Part shown: piece by piece, positions 57,697 to 64,000 of the stretch
Position numbering within the stretch: the first letter of the stretch is position 1
How the letters are laid out: each line of letters opens with the position of its first letter
Assembly (NCBI GenBank): GCA_049796755.1
Contig: JBARFA010000005.1
Coordinates: 2,625 to 66,624, forward strand
DNA: 64,000 nt
Direction of reading: 5' to 3'
DNA from: Acidobacteriaceae bacterium
Lineage (GTDB): Bacteria; Acidobacteriota; Terriglobia; Terriglobales; Acidobacteriaceae
Notes under the pieces: generated by a model
What the model was told of the DNA's origin: nothing
Seen by the model: only the letters and a program-made list of their open reading frames with translations
Database searches by the model: none
Made by a program: the position numbers and the translations under genes

Positions 57697-58367
57697 GCTG
57701 CCTCCTTAGCTGGCCAATTATAACCTTGCGGAAGAACAACTTAAGATGAAGTTTCCGCCGTATTCGGTTATCGCAATTCGGTCGGATTTCCTTCAGGATA
57801 CCGGGGGCGAAGCGGCCTTGGCCATATGCATTCAGGGACCCATCGGTGATGACGGCCAGCGAAGCACCGGTAGATTGCCTAAACGGGATGTAGAACCCAT
57901 CCCGCCCTTCTCTCACCTTGAGCATGGCGTTTATAAGGCAACGCTCTCAGGTCGCACTGTCCTCTAGGTCATTCGTCATATCCATGGGCAAGTCAAGCGG
58001 CTGATGACAGGGCTTTTATCTGAGCATGGAATGAAGGGGGCGGACTTTCGAGAACAGGTTGACGAACAAATCCTGGAGAAGCGACTCGAATAATCGCGCT
58101 AAAATTTGTTTTTCTTCGTGAATAGTATTAGTGCTAGAGAGAGCTCGTTTTTCAGCTGCGAGGCATATCACCCACAAGCCTCACGTGTACGTCCAGGACA
58201 CTTATCAAACCGGGCAGCAACATCGCCAATCAAAATGCCGTGATGCCTCAGCCGGAAGAAGCCGCGTGGGTTCCCTGACTGATCCATTGAAATGAGCGGA
58301 ACTTGCAGCGCGATCTGGTCGAGTCAATCTCGGGTTGCGATCATCACCATGAGAGAGGATCAAACGA

Positions 58368-59978
58368 ATGAAGTTCAAGCAGGGAGCGGTTGTTGGGCGG
58401 GTGGTATTGGGCGCGATGTTCTGCGCCGCCTTGGCCATGCAGGCTCAAGTTGCAGGAGATCTTGCCACGGCGCCCCCCTCATCAGGTACATCGACGTATC
58501 AGGAAAGCCCCTCCCCTGTCAGCGCTAATGCCTATCAGCAACAAGGTCCTCCAGGCCCGAGCGGATGCCGTGGCTGTTTCCCGGTAAAACCTGCGGGGCA
58601 AGGACCGAATCAGGAAGCCGGACTGCCGCAGCCGACGCAGCAACAAGGCGGCTTTAACGCACATCTGCGTCGCGTCGGGCCGCCGGCGTCGCTGCCCAAT
58701 CCGTTGCCTTACGATCTGCTCTTGTTGCACGGACACGTGATCGATGCCAAGAACAACATCAATCGCGTGATGGATGTCGGGATCAAGGATGGCAAAATTG
58801 CCGCAGTCGGCGAGCACCTTGACCCCAAAGACGCAGTCAAGACAATCGACGTCACCGGCTACTATGTCACACCGGGACTGATCGACATTCACACCCATGA
58901 CTATGCCTCGACGGGCGAAGCACACTCCTATGCGGGCGACTACGGCATCTGGCCGGACGGCTTCACCTTCCGCAATGGCGTTACGACTGTGTGCGATGCG
59001 GGCAGCTCCGGCTGGCGCAACTTTGAGGATTTCAAGGAACATGTCATCGACCGCGAGCAGACGCGGGTACTGGCGTTCATCAACATTGTCGGCGCCGGCA
59101 TGCGCGGCTCCCGGTTTGAAGACAATCTGGATGATATGCAGATGGTGCCGACGGCGTGGATGGCCATGCGCTATCCGGATACGATCATCGGCATCAAGAG
59201 CGCGCACTTCACCGGACCGGACTGGTGGCCGTACATCCAGGCCGTGGGTGCGGGCAACATCGCGCACATTCCTGTGATGATCGACTACGGCGCAAATCGC
59301 ATTGAGCGCCCACTCTACGATCTGCTGACGAAATATCTGCGTCCCGGTGATATCTACACGCACATGTACTCCGGCCTGCGGGGTGAGCAGGACGTTATGA
59401 CGTTGGGTCCGTCGAAAGCAATGATCGAAGGACGCAAGCGCGGCATCTGGTTCGATACCGGAACCGGCGGTGGCAGCTTCCGCTTCCGCGTGGCGATGCC
59501 GATGATCAAAGATGGATTCCTGCCGGACTCCATCTCCACCGATCTGCACGTCGACAGTATGAATTCGAGCACCAAAGGCATGCTCAACGTGATGAGCAAG
59601 TTCATGGCGATGGGATTGACGCTGCAACAAGTGGTTGCCGACACGACATGGCATCCGGCAAGAGAAATTCAGCGTCCTAACCTTGGAAATCTCTCGGTTG
59701 GAGCTCCGGCAGATGTCGCAGTGTTGAGCGAGGAACACGGAAAATTCGGTTATCTCGACATGGACAACACTAAGTTGATGGGGAACACTCGGCTGGTCGC
59801 TCAACTCACGGTGCGCGCAGGACGGGTAGTGTATGACCTGAACGGCATCTCCATGGATCTGTGGAATCAGGAGCATCCGTCCAGCAATCCGCAGATGGCC
59901 AACCACTGGACTTCGTTCCGTCCGCGTCCGCCGTTGCCGGAACAGATTGTTCCGCGGCGTCCGTTAGAGAAGCAGTAG
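58368..59978 (+). CDS. secreted amidohydrolase-superfamily metallohydrolase (dihydroorotase/deacetylase-like)
   Basis: Signal peptide, about 100 aa of P/Q/G-rich linker, then VIDAKN...GKIAAVGE and the metal motif GLIDIHTH. Confidence 0.8.
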   Translation: MKFKQGAVVGRVVLGAMFCAALAMQAQVAGDLATAPPSSGTSTYQESPSPVSANAYQQQGPPGPSGCRGCFPVKPAGQGPNQEAGLPQPTQQQGGFNAHLRRVGPPASLPNPLPYDLLLLHGHVIDAKNNINRVMDVGIKDGKIAAVGEHLDPKDAVKTIDVTGYYVTPGLIDIHTHDYASTGEAHSYAGDYGIWPDGFTFRNGVTTVCDAGSSGWRNFEDFKEHVIDREQTRVLAFINIVGAGMRGSRFEDNLDDMQMVPTAWMAMRYPDTIIGIKSAHFTGPDWWPYIQAVGAGNIAHIPVMIDYGANRIERPLYDLLTKYLRPGDIYTHMYSGLRGEQDVMTLGPSKAMIEGRKRGIWFDTGTGGGSFRFRVAMPMIKDGFLPDSISTDLHVDSMNSSTKGMLNVMSKFMAMGLTLQQVVADTTWHPAREIQRPNLGNLSVGAPADVAVLSEEHGKFGYLDMDNTKLMGNTRLVAQLTVRAGRVVYDLNGISMDLWNQEHPSSNPQMANHWTSFRPRPPLPEQIVPRRPLEKQ

Positions 59979-60013
59979 AACAATCGACGCAAACCATCAC
60001 TCCGGAGGAGAGA

Positions 60014-60475
60014 ATGCGCACCCCAACAAAAATCCTGCGACAAGCAATCTGTTTGGGATTGCTTTGGAGTGGGGTCGCCTGCTTCGGCGCTGAACCCAAG
60101 CCGGTCACCGTGAGCTGGCCGACGCTGCAGACGCTGAACTTCAATATTCCGCAGTCGCAGCAGAAAGCTCCGATACTCGCGCTGTCCGGCAAACGAGTGA
60201 GCATTCCAGGATTCATGGTGCCGCTGGAAGATGATCTCGATGTTGTTACGGAATTCCTGCTGGTACCGTATGCGGGCGCGTGCATCCATGTGCCGCCACC
60301 GCCGCCGAACCAGATTGTCTACGTGAAGATGGACAAGAATGCTAAGGTTCAGGTGACATTTACCGATCCGATTCTGGTGACAGGAACCTTGAACATATCG
60401 ACTGTGCAAAGCCCTTACGGGGACGTCTCCTACGATCTTTCAGGAGAGAGCGTTGTTCCCTACCAACAGCAATGA
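60014..60475 (+). CDS. DUF3299 domain-containing periplasmic protein
   Basis: Signal peptide and the hallmark FLLVPYAGACIHVPPPPPNQIVYV. ATG at 60014 with GGAGGAG upstream. Confidence 0.75.
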   Translation: MRTPTKILRQAICLGLLWSGVACFGAEPKPVTVSWPTLQTLNFNIPQSQQKAPILALSGKRVSIPGFMVPLEDDLDVVTEFLLVPYAGACIHVPPPPPNQIVYVKMDKNAKVQVTFTDPILVTGTLNISTVQSPYGDVSYDLSGESVVPYQQQ

Positions 60476-60487
60476 ACGCACTCACAA

Positions 60488-61189
60488 ATGGAGCCAGTAT
60501 TGGAATCCTCTGAGGCGATCCATCTGCAGAACGTGGTGTTCGGATACGACCGCCGAAACCCGGTGCTGCATGTAGAAGAACTTATTGTGAAGACTGGCAA
60601 GCGGGTCTTCCTATATGGACCCAGCGGTTCCGGAAAGACGACGCTGCTGGGACTGATCACTGGAATTCTGCAGCCGCAGTCGGGCAGCTGCAAAGTGCTC
60701 GGTCAAGAGATGACCAGGATGTCGATGTCTGCGCGGGATCAACTGCGCGGGTCAGAGATTGGATACATTTTCCAGAGCCTGAACCTGATTCCCTACCTTA
60801 CGGTTCAGCAGAATGTCGCGCTCCCATGCCACATCCATGCGCGTCGCCGCAAGAACATTGTTGCGCCTACCGTGAACGAAGAAGTTCAGCGGTTGATCAA
60901 CCGGTTGGAGTTGGACACGCACATCGATCGTGGCGTGAAGAAACTGAGCACGGGTCAACAGCAGCGGGTTGCGATTGCGCGCGCCATCATCGGCAAGCCC
61001 AGCCTGGTGATTGCAGATGAGCCGACTTCCTCGCTCGACACCGATCGCCAGCAGGCCTTCCTGGAGCTGTTGTTTGAGGTTTGCGACGAGGCCAAGGCCA
61101 CTCTGGTTTTTGTCAGCCATGATCGCTCGCTGATGACAAGGTTCGACGAGCAAATCGCGTTGAGCGAAGTGAGCAGGGTGAGCGCATGA
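60488..61189 (+). CDS. ABC transporter ATP-binding protein (MacB/LolD-like)
   Basis: Walker A GPSGSGKTT, Q-loop, signature LSTGQQQRVAIARA, and Walker B LVIADEPTSSLD. Confidence 0.9.
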   Translation: MEPVLESSEAIHLQNVVFGYDRRNPVLHVEELIVKTGKRVFLYGPSGSGKTTLLGLITGILQPQSGSCKVLGQEMTRMSMSARDQLRGSEIGYIFQSLNLIPYLTVQQNVALPCHIHARRRKNIVAPTVNEEVQRLINRLELDTHIDRGVKKLSTGQQQRVAIARAIIGKPSLVIADEPTSSLDTDRQQAFLELLFEVCDEAKATLVFVSHDRSLMTRFDEQIALSEVSRVSA

Positions 61190-62436
61190 TGATCCTTCAG
61201 CTAGCTTTCAGATCGCTCTGGAGCCGCAAATTCACCAGCAGTTTGACGGTGTTTTCAATTGCGCTAAGTATGCTGCTACTTGTGGGCGTGAACCGTATTC
61301 GCAAGGGAACGCAGGTGGGCTTCGAGGGCACGCTGAGCCAGACGGACCTGATCGTCGGACCGCGTGGAGGCTCACTGCCACTGCTGCTCTACTCTGTCTT
61401 CCACATCGGCACAGCGAACAACAACATCTCCTACGCCACGTATCAACACTTCGCACATCATCCAGCAGTGCTGTGGACGATTCCAATTTCGATGGGTGAC
61501 AGTCATCGCGGGTTCCGCGTGGTCGCTACGGATGACAATTTCTACGAGCATTATCGCTATCGCGGCGACAATAGCTTGGCCCTGGCGCAGGGCTCGCGGC
61601 CGGAGGGGATCTTCGACGCAGTGCTGGGCAGCACCGTTGCCTCGCAATTGCATTATCACCTGGGGCAGAAGATCGTCCTGAGCCATGGCCTTGAAGGCAG
61701 CTTTTTGAAGCACACCGCCGATCCTTATACGGTCGTCGGCATATTGAAGCGCACTGCGACGCCCGTGGATCGAGCCATCTATATCACGCTGCTCGGCGAT
61801 GAGGCGATGCACCTCGGTTGGGAGCACGGCGCACCACCACTCAATCCGATTCCTGAGTCGCAGATTCATGCGTCAGACCTGCATATTGATGAAATCAGCG
61901 CGTTCCTGCTGCGTACCAAGTCGCGCATCGGCACGCTGTTTCTACAGCGAGAGATCAACACCTATAAGCCGGAGCCGCTGACGGCGATCATTCCTGCGCT
62001 CACGCTGGAGGATTTGTGGAGCGTGCTGAGCGCCGCCGACGTTGCCTTGACGCTGGTAAGCGCAGCCGTACTGATCGTGGGCCTGATGGTGATGCTGACT
62101 GCGCTGTACACGGCACTGAATGAGCGGCGGCGGGAAATCGCTATCCTGCGCACCCTCGGACTGCATGCGCGCCAGATCTTCACGCTGATCATTCTGGAGT
62201 CGACGCTGATCAGTGCGCTTGGCGCCCTCATTGGCGTAGCTGCGGCCTATGCAGTCCTGTTTCTGGTGCGGGTTCCAGTTGAAAATAACTACGGAATCCC
62301 GCTGGCCATGGTGGGCATTTCTTCGCGCGTGGTGTATTACGTGATCGCCGCTGTGGGGGCAGGAACGCTGCTGGGCTTCATTCCTGCAATTCGGGCGTAT
62401 CGCAATGCGTTGGTGGATGGCCTGAACGCTGGGTAG
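61186..62436 (+). CDS. ABC transporter permease, FtsX/MacB-like
   Basis: TM1, a large periplasmic MacB-PCD-like domain, then three C-terminal TM segments (FtsX domain; EIAILRTLG motif). ATGA overlap with the ATPase gene. Confidence 0.85.
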   Translation: MMILQLAFRSLWSRKFTSSLTVFSIALSMLLLVGVNRIRKGTQVGFEGTLSQTDLIVGPRGGSLPLLLYSVFHIGTANNNISYATYQHFAHHPAVLWTIPISMGDSHRGFRVVATDDNFYEHYRYRGDNSLALAQGSRPEGIFDAVLGSTVASQLHYHLGQKIVLSHGLEGSFLKHTADPYTVVGILKRTATPVDRAIYITLLGDEAMHLGWEHGAPPLNPIPESQIHASDLHIDEISAFLLRTKSRIGTLFLQREINTYKPEPLTAIIPALTLEDLWSVLSAADVALTLVSAAVLIVGLMVMLTALYTALNERRREIAILRTLGLHARQIFTLIILESTLISALGALIGVAAAYAVLFLVRVPVENNYGIPLAMVGISSRVVYYVIAAVGAGTLLGFIPAIRAYRNALVDGLNAG

Positions 62437-62489
62437 AAGTGAGCTTGGAGGACTGAAAGCCGCTTGATAAATTACCAGCCTTCAGGCTT

Positions 62490-63698
62490 CTAGACCAAAG
62501 CGATCGACCGGAGATTGGGAACGGATGAAACGCGGTACGCCTTGCGCGGTGTTCCTGTATGAGCATCCAGTTCCGCCGCAATCATTCCTCGGTCAGAGGC
62601 TAGCCAGAGTGTTGGACCTGCGGCGTGCATCGACGCGACTTCACTCGCGGGAAGGGAGATTTCAGAGATTCGCTGCAGCATTCCTTTTTTCGGATCAATC
62701 GTCCATGCCGTGAGCCATGCCTGACGTGTCCCTCGAATTTGCGCCTCGAAAACAATGTTCTTATCGGAAGAAAAACAGATTGCCGTCGGCGCAGCGTTCA
62801 GGGAAGCGTAAGCGACTTGCATAGGTTTCATTTCCGAAGTTAAGCGGTAGGCTGTGAGCGCCGGACGCAAGATCTGAGCGACAACGAAGAGTTTTCCATC
62901 CGGATGCATTGCAATCTTAGAAGGGCCACTCCCTGGGGTACAGGGAATGCGGGCTACGACTTTCGAGTTGCCGGAGCCTGGTTCTCCGCGATCAGAAGCC
63001 AGAATGTCCAATCGATCTGCGCCGTAGTCCGCAGCAATCGCGATGCCTGTTCCAGGATGAAACAAAACATGCGATGGATGAGCGCTCGCTTGTTCGGTCG
63101 GGTGCACTCCGTGTCCAACCTGCTTCAGAATCACGGAAGGCGCCGATGGCAGCCCTGATTCATCGATCGCCAGAACGTTGTATGCGCCGCCGCCAAAGGC
63201 CGCAACGAAAAGACTGCGTCCGTCTGGAGATATTGCCAATGATTGCGGCCGGGTTGCCGAGAGAGATAGAGGCTGACGCCCGACAAGTTCGAGCGTGCCC
63301 GTTGCTTGATCTACCGCGAAGGTTTCGACGGTGCCACGCGGCTGATGGCGATAGAGACTCACATCATTCGCAACATAAAGGATCGACCGGAAGGGATGCC
63401 GCACGATTGCAGCAGGCCGCTCCGCGGGATGCGTGTACAGTGCACGGACTCCGTCGCGCTGAATCTGCATCAGGTGCAGGGTTCCAGCATCTGCGGCGCC
63501 GAATGATCCTGCGCATAGCAGCAGCTCTGCGGCACCGCTTTCGAAGATCGACCGCACATGTGGTGACAGCGCAAAGACCGCGCCCCCCAGACCCATGCCT
63601 GCAAGGAAGGCGCGCCGGTTCACGCGCGAATCGACCTTAGAACACGACGTTTCTGCGTTTCGGTGGAGCGCGGCTTCGTTCGCGGTGAAATCACTCAT
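62490..63698 (-). CDS. Tat-exported 7-bladed beta-propeller lactonase family protein
   Basis: Twin-arginine signal NRRAFLAGMGLGGAVFA and a repetitive propeller pattern, as in 6-phosphogluconolactonase/cycloisomerase-2 family proteins. Confidence 0.8.
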   Translation of the reverse strand: MSDFTANEAALHRNAETSCSKVDSRVNRRAFLAGMGLGGAVFALSPHVRSIFESGAAELLLCAGSFGAADAGTLHLMQIQRDGVRALYTHPAERPAAIVRHPFRSILYVANDVSLYRHQPRGTVETFAVDQATGTLELVGRQPLSLSATRPQSLAISPDGRSLFVAAFGGGAYNVLAIDESGLPSAPSVILKQVGHGVHPTEQASAHPSHVLFHPGTGIAIAADYGADRLDILASDRGEPGSGNSKVVARIPCTPGSGPSKIAMHPDGKLFVVAQILRPALTAYRLTSEMKPMQVAYASLNAAPTAICFSSDKNIVFEAQIRGTRQAWLTAWTIDPKKGMLQRISEISLPASEVASMHAAGPTLWLASDRGMIAAELDAHTGTPRKAYRVSSVPNLRSIALV

Positions 63699-64000
63699 TC
63701 CTGCACACTCATGCTGGAGTGGAAGACGTTGTTCGGATCATACTTCTGTTTCACCTGCTGAAGGAATGGATACAGCCCGTCGCGTCCATAATACAGTTCG
63801 GGCCAATACGCGTAGCGGAGCATGTCCGAGTCCGGATAATTCATGTAGCAGCCCTCGTAGCGTTCGCCCCAGGGTGTTCCCTGATGATGCGCATCCACAT
63901 GGCTGCCGGTGTATAGGTCGGTGTAGAACTTGTCCAGTTGCTCAAGATGTATCTGGTCGCCGGATGCTTCGCGCCAATAGCACTGCCATTGCAGTTTCAT
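63695..64000 (-). CDS. FAD-linked oxidase, BBE (berberine-bridge-like) C-terminal part (5' end outside window)
   Basis: C-terminal BBE motif YMNYPDSD ... LQQVKQKYDPNNVFHSSMS. Its TGA stop overlaps the lactonase ATG (ATGA at 63695-63698). Confidence 0.8.
   Translation of the reverse strand: MKLQWQCYWREASGDQIHLEQLDKFYTDLYTGSHVDAHHQGTPWGERYEGCYMNYPDSDMLRYAYWPELYYGRDGLYPFLQQVKQKYDPNNVFHSSMSVQE

Noticed and set aside
57569-57967. Overlapping ORFs of 118 aa (minus) and 73 aa (plus) in the spacer after the His-rich protein gene
   Set aside because: They overlap each other on opposite strands and have no recognisable motifs, signal peptides or RBS. I treated the region as non-coding or decayed DNA (see the gene-decay finding).
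58111-58119. AATAGTATT mini-palindrome upstream of the amidohydrolase/DUF3299 cluster as a possible Zur/Fur box
   Set aside because: It is only 9 bp and AT-rich, sits in a visibly AT-richer spacer, and is far shorter than known Fur-family operators. It cannot be distinguished from chance.
58482-59906. 474-aa minus-strand ORF
   Set aside because: It is fully antisense to the amidohydrolase gene, which has clear motifs. This is a shadow ORF.
1-64000. Search by eye for CRISPR arrays, IS elements, integrases, phage genes, toxin-antitoxin pairs or known defence-system domains
   Set aside because: None were found. There is no regularly spaced direct-repeat array and no transposase, recombinase or nuclease-NTPase combinations. 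The window looks like core chromosome.

Overview
This is a GC-rich bacterial chromosomal segment. Its gene content looks like a soil Acidobacteriota-type organism (a TonB-dependent receptor with a carboxypeptidase-regulatory-like N-terminus, phosphoketolase, a GH57 branching enzyme, many secreted or membrane hypotheticals); that taxonomic guess is inference only. I can support about 50 protein-coding genes, one tRNA-Cys(GCA), one clear gene remnant, a few intrinsic terminators, two promoter-like sequences and a small set of palindromic Crp/Fnr-type sites. I saw no rRNA, CRISPR array, transposase, integrase or phage genes, so this reads as core chromosome rather than a mobile island. Functional blocks in order: P450 fragment, holB, Hfq-like, Sua5/TsaC, CYTH, Nudix, Csp, PolX; citrate synthase and proline dehydrogenase; DUF948-like/YtxH stress pair; GH57 branching enzyme; phosphoketolase-acetate kinase; cytochrome bd (cydAB), a Cys-rich Crp/Fnr regulator and a NapH-like Fe-S membrane protein; cysE-cysK, 2OG oxygenase, RidA, CHASE3 kinase, two tandem transsulfuration PLP enzymes; def, tRNA-Cys; phospholipase-B-like Ntn hydrolase, HPP, TonB receptor; Lhr helicase divergent from a UdgX-type uracil-DNA glycosylase; BI-1, GGT; ABC ATPase plus a 1230-aa ABC-2 permease::M1 peptidase fusion; MFS; SDR plus YjhG/YagF-type dehydratase; a MocR remnant; a secreted His/Gly/Tyr-rich protein; amidohydrolase plus DUF3299 plus MacB-type ABC; Tat-lactonase coupled to a BBE oxidase. 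The most interesting observations are: (1) a promoter, a 22-codon poly-cysteine mini-ORF and a terminator-like hairpin sit directly in the leader of tRNA-Cys; (2) three GTGAC-N4-GTCAC palindromes lie around the Crp/Fnr gene, upstream of cydAB, the NapH-like gene and cysK/oxygenase; (3) Lhr and UdgX form a divergent pair; (4) the ABC-2 permease is fused to an M1 peptidase; (5) a candidate metal-handling module combines a His-rich protein, DUF3299 and a MacB-type ABC transporter. All product calls come from motif and family recognition by eye; no searches were run.
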